A stretch of DNA of 64,000 nt from an uncultured Verrucomicrobiota bacterium. GTDB taxonomy: Bacteria > Verrucomicrobiota > Verrucomicrobiia > Palsa-1439. This document shows, in pieces, positions 1-8,481 of the stretch. Numbering within the stretch: position 1 is the first letter of the stretch; every line of letters begins with the position of its first letter. Both the position numbers and the translations under genes were made by a program. Where the stretch lies: assembly GCA_964533295.1 (NCBI GenBank), contig CAZHLM010000001.1, positions 1,958 to 65,957 on the forward strand, read 5' to 3'. The notes beneath the pieces are model-generated. The model searched no databases and had not been told where the DNA came from. It was given only the letters and a program-made list of their open reading frames with translations.

Positions 1-530
1 GGAGCAAACCGCGTACGCTGATCAGCAACAGACCGCCGCCGGCCAGGGCCAGCTGTGCGACTTCCCAGACCGTTTCCTGGAGCGAACCGTTGTAGAAGCC
101 GACGCCCGCCGCGAGCGCCTGATCCCAGAGCACGGCGCTGACGCCGGCGGCGATCAGCGCGATCAGAGCCAGGCCGAGGGTCAGGGCGTCCGCCGGGCGG
201 GAGGGGGAGGGGAAGGCGAACGCCCACAGCATCAGCAGCAGGCTCAGCGTGCTGACGGCGCGCGTCAACGGCGGGGGCAGGAGGAGCGGGTCGATCAGTT
301 GGAGGGCGGCCAGGAGCGTGCCGACCAGGCTGAGTAGATTGAGGAGGACGGCCAGGGCCGTGGCAATGGTCAGGCGCGCTGCGGTCGGGCCGCGTTCGCG
401 GCGCCAGGCGTTGAGGGCCAGGGACGCGGCGGTTTGGAGCGCGAACAGGAGCACCAGGTGATAGACCAGGCTGCCGTTCAGCTCGGTGATCAGCATCACC
501 GTTTCGGGGATGAGAGACTCCATGCCTGGG
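1..530 (-). CDS. Integral membrane protein, 5'-partial at window edge; start ATG at 530-528 on the minus strand
   Basis: Reverse-complement translation from 530 gives MESLIPETVMLITELNGSLVYHLVLLFALQ... with several hydrophobic helices and an open frame to position 1. High-GC third positions. Not in the ORF track because it is truncated. Confidence 0.5.
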
Positions 531-662
531 CGTGGGCGACAGTCGGCGGGTTCGAATTCGGATTATAGCATAGGGCTTTTTAAGGAAGAATTGGTCCGCC
601 AGGTTAGAGATGTGTGTGGGCGCAAGCGGTCGAGGGGCCAGAGGCGCGCAGGCGAATGCGCG

Positions 663-691
663 TTGACAATCCACGCAAAGCAAGTAAAATA
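663..691 (+). promoter_or_regulatory. Sigma-70-like promoter (TTGACA-N16-TAAAAT) upstream of tRNA-Leu
   Basis: ttgaca at 663-668 and taaaat at 685-690, about 45 nt upstream of the tRNA 5' end. Confidence 0.4.
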
Positions 692-735
692 GCGGCGTTC
701 ACTGACAGCTGTGTCGGGCAGTGGGCGCAAACCTT

Positions 736-819
736 GCCGAAGTGGCGGAATTGGCAGACGCGCTACGTTCAGGGCGTAGTGGCCGAAAGGCCGTCTGGGT
801 TCAACTCCCAGCTTCGGCA
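736..819 (+). tRNA. tRNA-Leu (anticodon CAG), class II with long variable arm
   Basis: Acceptor stem gccgaag/cttcggc, anticodon loop tt-cag-gg, long variable arm, T-arm gggttcaactccc, discriminator A. Confidence 0.85.
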
Positions 820-919
820 CAGAGGGAATCCCGGCCCCGCCGGGATTTTTCCGTTCTTGTGGGTACGGGTGACTTGAGCCGGCCCTATTCTTCCCGCTGC
901 GCGAGTCAGGAGTGAAGCC

Positions 920-1327
920 GTGACGCAAGACAACCGACGACCGCCCTTGACGCTGGCGCAGGTGGCGGGTCTTGTGGTCGTCGTGCTGGCCGTGGTGGTC
1001 CTGGTGGACTTCAGCCAGCGGCTGGCGGCGTCGCAGCGGCTGGTGGACGAGGCCAGCCTGGCCAAGACGGACGTGGCGCAGTTGGAGCGCGAGAAGGCGG
1101 CGCTGCAGACGCAAGTCGCTTATGCGACCACCGACGCGGCGGTGATTGCCTGGGCGCATGAGCACGGCAGGATGGTGCGGCCGGGCGAGGTCCTGGTGGT
1201 GCCGGTCGTGCCGACGGCCCCGGCCACACCGGTGGCGACGCCCGCCCCGGCGCCGACGTCGCCGCCGAATTGGAGCTTATGGCGGGACCTGTTTTTCGAG
1301 GCGGCCTCCGCGCGCCGTTCGCCTTGA
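920..1327 (+). CDS. Septum formation initiator (FtsB/DivIC-like) membrane protein with proline-rich tail
   Basis: GTG start, N-terminal TM helix (LVVVVLAVVVLV), coiled-coil (QLEREKAALQTQVAYATTD), and C-terminal AVIAWAHEHGRMVRPGEVLVV typical of FtsB/DivIC. Confidence 0.5.
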   Translation: MTQDNRRPPLTLAQVAGLVVVVLAVVVLVDFSQRLAASQRLVDEASLAKTDVAQLEREKAALQTQVAYATTDAAVIAWAHEHGRMVRPGEVLVVPVVPTAPATPVATPAPAPTSPPNWSLWRDLFFEAASARRSP

Positions 1328-1352
1328 CGGGTTAAGGTGTCTGTGATATATT
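1324..1352 (+). promoter_or_regulatory. Sigma-70-like promoter (TTGACG-N17-TATATT) upstream of tRNA-fMet
   Basis: ttgacg at 1324-1329 and tatatt at 1347-1352, about 35 nt upstream of the tRNA. Confidence 0.35.
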
Positions 1353-1386
1353 GAACGTGCGCCGGGAAAAGGCGCTATTTTATCGC

Positions 1387-1458
1387 TGCGGGGTAGAGCA
1401 GAGGCAGCTCGTCGGGCTCATAACCCGGAGGTCGTTGGTTCGAATCCAACCCCCGCTA
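1387..1458 (+). tRNA. tRNA-Met (anticodon CAT), initiator-type (fMet-like)
   Basis: Near-identity to the bacterial initiator tRNA pattern: GCGGGG acceptor, three G:C pairs in the anticodon stem (cggg-ctcataa-cccg), T-arm ggttcgaatcc, acceptor 3' strand ccccgc-ta. Confidence 0.85.
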
Positions 1459-1466
1459 CCTGAGAG

Positions 1467-1497
1467 ACACCCTAGTCCAAAAGACTAGGGTGTTTTC
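1467..1497 (+). terminator. Rho-independent terminator after tRNA-fMet
   Basis: Stem acaccctagtc / gactagggtgt with loop caaaa, followed by tttt. Confidence 0.55.
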
Positions 1498-1550
1498 ATT
1501 GGTCCGGCGGACTCAAGTTCGGGAGACCCCCATTCCAGGAGGATCCCGAA

Positions 1551-2543
1551 ATGAACCACAGTCTAAAGGGCTTAAAACTCGACGACGCTGTCGAAGGCTT
1601 CCTGCAGCACAAGGCGGCCGAGGCGCTGAGCGCCGCGACCCTATATGCGTACAAGGACCACCTGACGGTCTTTCGGACCCAGGTGGGCGACCACCCTGTC
1701 CAGGCCATCACCACCGCCGACCTGCGCGCGTTCCTGGCCTGGATGCGCTCAGACTACCAGCCCCGCCGGCTGAGCGGCAAGACCGGCCCCCTTTCCCCGA
1801 AGACCCTGCGCAACTTCTGGGTCAGCCTATCCGCCTTCTTCCGCTGGGCCAGCACCGAATTCGCCTTCGAGAACCCAATGAAGGGCGTGCCGGCGCCCCG
1901 ATTCCAATACCCCCCAATCGAGCCCTTCACGAAGGAAGAGATCGAGCGACTGCTGAAGGCCTGCGAGTTCTCGCGCGAGGCCAGGACCGAGGCGCGGCGC
2001 AAGTTCGTCATGCGCCGGCCGACGGCCAACCGGGATCGCGCCCTGATTCTGATCCTGGTGGACACCGGGCTGCGCGCCAGCGAGCTGTGCAGCCTGGCCG
2101 TGGGCGACCTGGAGCCGTCGACCGGCAAGGTGCACATCAAGCACGGCCGGGCCGGCGGCGCCAAGGGCGGCAAAGGGCGCTTTGTCTACCTGGGCAAGGC
2201 CGCGCGCCGGGCGGTCTGGCGCTACCTCGCCGAGCGCGAGGACGGGAAAGACCCCGACGCCCCGCTCTTCATCGGCAAGTTCAACCGGACCCTCCAGCGC
2301 GACGTACTGCTCAAGCTGATCGAGCGGGCCGGAAGACGGGCCGGCGTCGATCACTGCCACCCACACCGTTTCCGCCACACCTTCGCCATCACCTACCTGC
2401 GCTCGGGCGGGGACCTGTTCACCTTGCGGGCGCTGCTCGGCCACAGCTCGCTGGAGATGGTCCAGCACTATGCCCGCATCGCCCAGGTCGATGTGCAGGA
2501 CGCGCACCGCCGCGCCAGCCCAGCCGACAACTGGCGGCTGTGA
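1551..2543 (+). CDS. Tyrosine recombinase / phage-type integrase (XerC/D-like), immediately 3' of tRNA-fMet
   Basis: Strong RBS aggagga. N-terminal SAM-like core-binding domain. C-terminal catalytic motifs ...LRASEL..., HRFRHTFAITYLRSGGDLFTLRALLGHSSLEMVQHYARI (R..H-R-H...Y). Confidence 0.85.
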   Translation: MNHSLKGLKLDDAVEGFLQHKAAEALSAATLYAYKDHLTVFRTQVGDHPVQAITTADLRAFLAWMRSDYQPRRLSGKTGPLSPKTLRNFWVSLSAFFRWASTEFAFENPMKGVPAPRFQYPPIEPFTKEEIERLLKACEFSREARTEARRKFVMRRPTANRDRALILILVDTGLRASELCSLAVGDLEPSTGKVHIKHGRAGGAKGGKGRFVYLGKAARRAVWRYLAEREDGKDPDAPLFIGKFNRTLQRDVLLKLIERAGRRAGVDHCHPHRFRHTFAITYLRSGGDLFTLRALLGHSSLEMVQHYARIAQVDVQDAHRRASPADNWRL

Positions 2544-2652
2544 CGGCCTCCGACCAGGAAACACCATGCTCCTGATGCTAATCGGGATGGTGCTTATTTC
2601 GGACCGCGAGGCTTGGGCGGACGAGATCAAGGCTGATGCCCCCGTGGCACGC

Positions 2653-3750
2653 TCACGCCCGAGCCATCTCATCGGCCAGGATGTGGAGGGCTCGCGCCTG
2701 GTCGCCGCGCGACAGACCGCGCAACAGGCCGGCCAGGTCGTCGTCCAGCCTGGAAGGCAGCGCGGCCGGGCCGGTCAGGGCCGTGATCCGGTCCCGGACC
2801 TCGTCCCCGAGCAGGGGCGCGTAGATGCCGTCCGTGATGCGCACGTCCGAGTGCATCAGGTTCTGGCTGATGGCCTTGTAGTCCGCCATCGTGCGCGCGT
2901 GCTGCAGCGCAAACACTGCGTGCCCGTGGCGGAACTTGTGCGCCGACCTGTATTCCAGCCCGGTCCTCTGATAAAGGCCGCGCAGGCGGTCGGTCACGGC
3001 CCCGTTGCGATGGGCGCCGGCCGGGTCCGGGGACAGGATTGGCTGACCCCAGCGGATGACGATGGGCGTGAACCACATAGCGGTGTCCGGCAGCCGGCCG
3101 CGGACGCGGGCATCCCACTGTGCCACCACCTCCATCAGTTCGGGGACATTCAACAGATAGGTCGTGCGCGAGCGGCCGTTCTTCGTATGCACGCCCAGGG
3201 ACGGCCACTGCTTGACCTCACGCCGGGCCAGGTCGACGGCCCCGATCGGGAGCGAGCCGAAGGCGCCGGCCCGCATGCCCGAGAGAAACAGGAACGCGGT
3301 CGCGGCCTGGTCGCGCAGGCGGGCCAGGTCTTCACCCGTCCCAGGTTGGCGGCTGAGCGCCAATACTTCGTCCAAGGTCACGAAGACGTGCTCGCGCTCC
3401 GGCTCCGGCAGGCGCGGCGGGCGCAGGGTCTCGATCCAGGCCGCCGTGACCGGCTTGAAGTCGCGGGGGTGCTGGAGCCGTGCCCATTGAAAGAAGCGCC
3501 TCGCCAGCTGGCAGGACTTGCGCAGCGTGCTGCGCGCGAGTCCTTGCTCTTCTCGCCGGCCCCGCTTTTCCAGCAAGTACTGGGGGTACGTCGGCCTCAG
3601 GTCCACGACCTGGCCGAGGGGCGTCTCACCGGCCCAGTACAGGAGCGGCTTGAGATAAGTGGTATAGCGGTCGAAAGACTCCCGGCCCACCTGGGCGACA
3701 TCGTTCAGGTGGTGCAGGAAGGCGTCGAACAGAAGGTAATTGGCCCGGCT
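2653..3750 (-). CDS. Second tyrosine recombinase / integrase, convergent with the first
   Basis: C-terminal HKFRHGHAVFALQHARTMADYKAISQNLMHSDVRITDGIYA. Start chosen at MISRANY (ATGA overlap with the upstream gene's stop). Alternative start at 3804. Confidence 0.8.
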   Translation of the reverse strand, partial: SRANYLLFDAFLHHLNDVAQVGRESFDRYTTYLKPLLYWAGETPLGQVVDLRPTYPQYLLEKRGRREEQGLARSTLRKSCQLARRFFQWARLQHPRDFKPVTAAWIETLRPPRLPEPEREHVFVTLDEVLALSRQPGTGEDLARLRDQAATAFLFLSGMRAGAFGSLPIGAVDLARREVKQWPSLGVHTKNGRSRTTYLLNVPELMEVVAQWDARVRGRLPDTAMWFTPIVIRWGQPILSPDPAGAHRNGAVTDRLRGLYQRTGLEYRSAHKFRHGHAVFALQHARTMADYKAISQNLMHSDVRITDGIYAPLLGDEVRDRITALTGPAALPSRLDDDLAGLLRGLSRGDQARALHILADEMARA

Positions 3751-4171
3751 AATCATCGGCGGCTCCACGGTGGATGGTGCAGCCACAGTCCGGGCAGCGG
3801 GCAATGTGCAGGATGTGCCGGCCCTCGCGGCGCTGTGAGGGATTGGTCATCGGGACGGCGCGCCGGCAGCGCAGGCAATAGGCCTCGCCTGGCCCAAGGG
3901 GCTGGCTGGGCCAGGCTTCGCGCACGCGCTGCACCCAGGCGGCCAGAGCCTGCCCGTCGAACCAGAGATGGCCGCGGCCATCCTGCTGATAAGGAAGGCC
4001 GTTGCGCATCCAGTCGTGCAGGTCGCCGCTGGTGATGTCCAGCTTCTGGCAGATCTCGGCCGAGCGGTACAGCGTGGGCAGCAAACCCCGGACGCTGGCG
4101 AGGGTGCGCTGTGAGAAACGCTTCCCCAGCCGGATGGGCGTGGGATCGAGGGCAGGTTGGGCGATAGACAT
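3749..4171 (-). CDS. Excisionase/MerR-like HTH + C-terminal Zn-ribbon small DNA-binding protein, translationally coupled to integrase 2
   Basis: Internal start MSIAQ with RBS ggagg. HTH LYRSAEICQKLDITSGDLHDWMRNGLP. C-terminal C-x2-C ... C-x2-C (CLRCRR...CPDCGC). The upstream part of track ORF 3749..4495 lacks features and overlaps the divergent promoter region. Confidence 0.5.
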   Translation of the reverse strand: MSIAQPALDPTPIRLGKRFSQRTLASVRGLLPTLYRSAEICQKLDITSGDLHDWMRNGLPYQQDGRGHLWFDGQALAAWVQRVREAWPSQPLGPGEAYCLRCRRAVPMTNPSQRREGRHILHIARCPDCGCTIHRGAADD

Positions 4172-4240
4172 CGGAAACAATCCTCCAGTGATCAAACTGG
4201 AAGCAGTGTAGGGAAAATATGAGCCGCCGGTTCCGAAAAG

Positions 4241-4273
4241 CCTCCGAGAGTCCTCCGAGAAACCTCCGAAAAC
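4241..4273. repeat. Three tandem 11-bp direct repeats (CCTCCGAGA-like) in the divergent xis/int promoter region
   Basis: cctccgagagt / cctccgagaaa / cctccgaaaac at 4241-4273, plus a partial copy ttccgaaaag at 4231-4240. The 11-bp period equals one helical turn. Confidence 0.55.
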
Positions 4274-4387
4274 CAACGAATCCGCGCCCAGCCCTATCCA
4301 TTCACCCTCTTGTGCGGCGATTGGGGCAGCCCTATGCTCGTGCGGTTTTTTGAATAACGGTTGTAGGCCTCGCCGCGGAGGTTCACC

Positions 4388-6406
4388 TTGATTGCCCTTC
4401 AGAGCCGCCCACCAAAGGCTCCACCCGACGACCCACTCGTCAAAGAGCTCAGCACGCTCCTGGCCGCGCTGAAAAAGCCAGGTCAGGCGGAGCACCAGCC
4501 TCTGGCCGGGGCGCTGATCCCGTGCCTGCGAGAGCGCTTCACGGATTTAGCGGACGAGACCGCTGAGAGTGTCCTCATTCGAGGTCTGGCGCGTGTGTGG
4601 CAAGAGACGGCCGGAGCGGTGCCGCTCTCGCTGGCACACCAGACGCTCCTGGAGAAGTACTTCACGCTCATGGTTTATTACTTCTACCCGGCGCTGCATG
4701 GCCTACACCGTTACCGGATTTCGTCTGAGCAACTGATCGGGCCGGTGCGGACGTTGCCGGATGCGGCGGGCCGGTGCAGCGAGCGCGAGTACCTGGCCCT
4801 GATTTACGCAGACGGTGACGTGGAGCGCGCCCGGGAAAGCCTTAAGCGGTATGGCCCCGTGTTCGATGCGCTCACCGAAAGCGAGCTAGATGGGCTGGCC
4901 GTCCCAATCCATCCGAACACCGTCGACAGCCGGCGGAAGGTCGGGATCCAGATCCTGGCCGCACGGCTTCGGGGTCTGCTGGGCTGGCCAATGTCTGAGC
5001 CGGCGGCGCCCACCGGCGCCCAGGCTGACCCGGAAACAGCCCCGCTGACCGAGGGCCAAAGCGCGCCCGCGGAGGCTGATCCCCTTCCAGACGTGGGTCG
5101 CCAGTTTGCACTGGAGGTCGCCGTTGACGTTCCCGACGAACCGCTCCAAGACATCGTCTCGGCAGGGGAGGCGCGTCTACGTCGAGACGCTCTCGAAGAG
5201 GTAAGCCCACTCACTTTCGTGGGGGCGGATTTTGACGCGGCCCTGCGACAGGACCGGCCCGCTGTGGAAATGGCGCGAATGTTGGACCAGGCGTTTGCGT
5301 CGGCGGGGACGCCCACCCGGGCCCACGAGGCCCGGTGTCTGGCCCAGCAACTGGCAGCCATCGCACTCGGGCTGGAACCTGCCGCCGAACGGACACACGC
5401 CCTCACCCCTGCCAATGTGAGCCTGGCGCTGCGCCGGGTCCATCCGATCTTGGAGAGTGGCCAGGCCAAGCTGACCCTGCTTGACGTCCTGGCCGAGTTA
5501 GGCCTCCTTCACCGACAAGACGACACCTGGGAGTTTCCCTCGCCCGCGATGGCAGCCTGGTTCGCGGCCGAGTATATCGCCACTTACGCCGGTCACCGTT
5601 TCCTGCCGCAGGCGCGCCTTGCTGACCTCATGCGCTGGGCGTGCGAACTACTCGCGGGCCGGGGCGATGATGAGCGGAACGCTCTGCTGATCGAGGACAT
5701 GGCCGGCGCACTCCGGCACCTGCACCAGGCCTCGCTCCTGGACATCGCCAGCCTGGTCGGCGTATTCCATAGCCGCGAAACGCCTACCGTGAGACGGTTT
5801 CGGGAGGTGATCACGCCCGAGGTCCGCCGCCTGGCCCAGATCCCATCCGGCATTCTGCACCGGCGGCTCAAGCGCCTGGACCACGTCTTCGGCCCGAACC
5901 TGGCCCGTGACGAGTATGAAACAGAGACTGTCCTGTCAGAGGGAGAATTGGCTCGGCCAGCTTCGAGGATCGAGCCGGGTGCACTGCTCGTGGCCCTTGG
6001 CCTACCAACGGCCCTGGCGAGCCGGCCGGACTGGCACCAGTCCAGGCCGGTGATCGCGGCCATGCTGAGGCAGGTCAGCGCCCCAACCGACCGCGGCCTC
6101 GCGCTCGCTTGTGCCGCCTGGCTACAGAAGTCGCGACTGACGCAAATCCTGGAGGTCGATCTCAGCCTGGGCTGGCCCATCATGCGCCCGGTATCGGCCC
6201 TGGACCTCCTGGTCGGCATGACGCGTGAACACGATGCCTTCGGCCGACAACTCGCCCTGAGCGTCCTGGCCAGCCCGCCCCACCTGGAGCTGCTGCTGAA
6301 TAACCATGCTGCGGACGCCCAGGCATCCGCGATATCGCTCCTGCTTTTGACCGAGCGGCGCGCCACATGGGACAGCCGCGCACAGCAGTGGAGGCTGCTC
6401 ACGTGA
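4388..6406 (+). CDS. Hypothetical alpha-helical protein (672 aa), TTG start
   Basis: Long ORF with GC3-rich codon usage. No recognisable catalytic motifs. Leu/Ala-rich, helical-repeat-like. Confidence 0.5.
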   Translation: MIALQSRPPKAPPDDPLVKELSTLLAALKKPGQAEHQPLAGALIPCLRERFTDLADETAESVLIRGLARVWQETAGAVPLSLAHQTLLEKYFTLMVYYFYPALHGLHRYRISSEQLIGPVRTLPDAAGRCSEREYLALIYADGDVERARESLKRYGPVFDALTESELDGLAVPIHPNTVDSRRKVGIQILAARLRGLLGWPMSEPAAPTGAQADPETAPLTEGQSAPAEADPLPDVGRQFALEVAVDVPDEPLQDIVSAGEARLRRDALEEVSPLTFVGADFDAALRQDRPAVEMARMLDQAFASAGTPTRAHEARCLAQQLAAIALGLEPAAERTHALTPANVSLALRRVHPILESGQAKLTLLDVLAELGLLHRQDDTWEFPSPAMAAWFAAEYIATYAGHRFLPQARLADLMRWACELLAGRGDDERNALLIEDMAGALRHLHQASLLDIASLVGVFHSRETPTVRRFREVITPEVRRLAQIPSGILHRRLKRLDHVFGPNLARDEYETETVLSEGELARPASRIEPGALLVALGLPTALASRPDWHQSRPVIAAMLRQVSAPTDRGLALACAAWLQKSRLTQILEVDLSLGWPIMRPVSALDLLVGMTREHDAFGRQLALSVLASPPHLELLLNNHAADAQASAISLLLLTERRATWDSRAQQWRLLT

Positions 6407-6482
6407 AAGGATGAGCACAGTGAAGACAGGCAGCGGGGGTCTCTGTGTCAAGTGTCATGGGAAAGGTTCGAGAAAGGGCGGC

Positions 6483-6580
6483 GAACCAAACGGGAAACGG
6501 TTCGCGCTGCGTTCCGGGCACTTCATTTATTTCGGGATACCCGAAATTCCGCAGCGTTTTTCGGGATACCCGAAATTCCT
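6483..6580. repeat. parC-like / operator region: two identical 20-bp direct repeats, each with an internal palindrome, plus an upstream 7-bp-arm palindrome
   Basis: ttcgggatacccgaaattcc at 6531-6550 and 6560-6579 (29-bp period). Each contains TTCGGG-ATA-CCCGAA. gcgaacc-N11-ggttcgc at 6481-6505. The region 6411-7030 is non-coding by composition. Confidence 0.6.
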
Positions 6581-7030
6581 CGAAATGCGACTGTCATCAT
6601 CGGTGATTGATGACATCCGTCACACCGAAAAAATACTGAGGACGCGATATACTCGCCCCCGTTCGACTAAAAACCGAAAAGGCACACCCGGCGAAAGCCG
6701 GGGTCGCAAAGCAATGGGTCTAAGGCCGCAACTGTGTCGCGGCGATGACTGCCAGGCCGCCGAAGTTTCCGAAGGGGTGACGCTCGTCTCTCCCCATAAT
6801 TCTGTGACGACAGGCCTGGATGCACGCGTCCAGGCCTTTTTGTACATCACTGCCACTGGCTTCAGGCGGGTCCATCGGCCCGGGCATATGCCTGGCCAAG
6901 CCCGCCCGCGCAGTCGCCAACGGTCCGGGGAACAACCTAGAAGGCGGGACAGTGGTCCAAAGGGTGAGAGGCTTAAGTGCAGGGTGATCGGATGCTGTCT
7001 CGAGCCGGTGCAACGAGCAAAGGATGTGGA

Positions 7031-8149
7031 ATGGCACTCAGACATTTGGTAGCCGGTTACGACATGGGGATGGCCGCGGGCAAGTTCAGCGGGCCACACG
7101 GGCACGCCGCGGTGCCGGCGCACGTGGCCGTCTACGACGGCAACAAGGTCACGGCCGACGACCTCCGCCTGGAGCATGAGGCCGGCGCTTCCAAGCCGCT
7201 CCTGATCGCGCTGGACCCGGGTGGGTCTCGCAGCTACTGGGTCGGCCGAGGCGCCTTTGATTGGGGTGATGCGCAGGACGCCCGCGACCTGGAACGTCTG
7301 ACCGATGTGCCGGAGGCGCGGGCGGCGTTCTACGCGACGGTGACGCGCTACATCCACCGGTTCGGACCCATCGACGTCCCGGTGTGCCTGGTAGCCGGCG
7401 TACCGTTCGACGCGGTCTCAGGCGACAAGGGCGAGGCCAACAAGCGCGCCATTGAAACCTGGCTGACCGGCCCGCACTCCTGGTACGTGGGCAAGCAGCG
7501 TAAGCCGTATTCTATCCACGTGTCGGCCGCACGCGTGACCCGACAGGGCAAGGGCGCGCTGTATTACTACGCGCTGGATGCCGCCGGCAAGCTGATCCCG
7601 GCCCGCGTCCCAGAGCTCAAGGGCGAGGTTGGCGTCGTGTCGCTTGGCTTCCGCACCGCCGAGCTGGAGATCTTCCGCAACTACGCCCCGATCCCCAACC
7701 GGGCGGGCAACGCGCCCGTGGGCGTGCATCGACTGGTGGAGCTCGCCAAGCGCCAGGAGCGCCGCCACTACAAGTTAGGCGAACTGGACGATTTGCTGCG
7801 CTCGGGAAGCCTGGACGTGTCCGCAGCAAAATCGGCCTGGTTCAACGATCTGCGCGCCCTGGTGGAGAACGTCTGGGACGAGGCCTGGCCCCGCCTGACG
7901 CGCATCCTCGTCGTTGGAGGGGGAGCCTACCACGCCCAGGAGTGGCTGACCCGCACTTTCTCCGGCCGCTGTGTGGTCGTGGAGGACCCGGTCATGGCGA
8001 TCTCGCACGGGCTACGCCGGATCGGCCTGCAGGTCTTTGGCACCGAGGAGGTATCCGCAGCTTCCACAGAAATGACGCCAGTGCTGGCCCCCACCGCGGA
8101 TGTGACGGGCACCCAGGCAGTCGCTGCGAGCGACGGGACCACGCGGTGA
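7031..8149 (+). CDS. parM: Actin-like segregation ATPase (ParM/StbA family)
   Basis: Start MALRHLVAGYDMGMAAGKF (phosphate-1 D-x-G-x3-G-K), LDPGGSRS (phosphate-2), ILVVGGGAYHAQ (adenosine GGG motif), C-terminal ISHGLRRIG. RBS aagga. Confidence 0.7.
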   Translation: MALRHLVAGYDMGMAAGKFSGPHGHAAVPAHVAVYDGNKVTADDLRLEHEAGASKPLLIALDPGGSRSYWVGRGAFDWGDAQDARDLERLTDVPEARAAFYATVTRYIHRFGPIDVPVCLVAGVPFDAVSGDKGEANKRAIETWLTGPHSWYVGKQRKPYSIHVSAARVTRQGKGALYYYALDAAGKLIPARVPELKGEVGVVSLGFRTAELEIFRNYAPIPNRAGNAPVGVHRLVELAKRQERRHYKLGELDDLLRSGSLDVSAAKSAWFNDLRALVENVWDEAWPRLTRILVVGGGAYHAQEWLTRTFSGRCVVVEDPVMAISHGLRRIGLQVFGTEEVSAASTEMTPVLAPTADVTGTQAVAASDGTTR

Positions 8150-8427
8150 TGAAGCGGCTACCGGTACAAGACCGAGGCCGCGGCCGGAGGCGGATCACCC
8201 AGGCTTCCGTCGTGATCCCGATCAAGTTGAAGCTCCGCGATGGCTGGCACGATGACGTGATCCGCTTCTACCAATCTCTCCCGAGCGGTGCCCGCGCCTC
8301 AACCGTGGTGGCTATCACGCGGGCCTACCTGTCCGGAGAATTTGCTGGGAACGGCCCGCATCTGCCCGGGCCGGTTCTCGGGGTGGATGAGGGCGAGATC
8401 TACGCCGCCCTCAAGGACATGTTGTAA
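8149..8427 (+). CDS. Small basic DNA-binding protein, ParR-like adaptor candidate (RHH-like), ATGA-coupled to parM
   Basis: 92 aa. N-terminal Arg-rich segment then beta-strand-like VVIPIKLKL followed by helices. Its position after parM matches parMRC architecture. Confidence 0.35.
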   Translation: MKRLPVQDRGRGRRRITQASVVIPIKLKLRDGWHDDVIRFYQSLPSGARASTVVAITRAYLSGEFAGNGPHLPGPVLGVDEGEIYAALKDML

Positions 8428-8481
8428 CCGGGACGGTATGGGGCCGCAAGTGTTGCAGATGGTAGACCAGGAGACGGTTTC

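Noticed and set aside
1827-2672. Long antisense ORFs opposite high-GC genes (e.g. 1827..2672 -, 15306..16634 -, 21575..22429 -, 29990..31546 -, 51035..52381 -, 34882..35778 -)
   Set aside because: These are shadow ORFs typical of 65-70% GC DNA. The sense-strand genes have clear domain motifs, and the antisense translations are Arg/Pro/Gly-rich nonsense.
3753-4301. Alternative-frame 182-aa minus ORF overlapping the Xis-like gene
   Set aside because: Arg/Pro-rich with no motif. The other frame carries the HTH and Zn-ribbon.
6411-7052. 213-aa + strand ORF (MSTVKTGSGGLCVKCHGKG...)
   Set aside because: It covers the repeat-rich, lower-GC parC-like intergenic region. It has no GC3 bias, contains the direct repeats, and runs into the true parM start at 7031. 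It is treated as non-coding.
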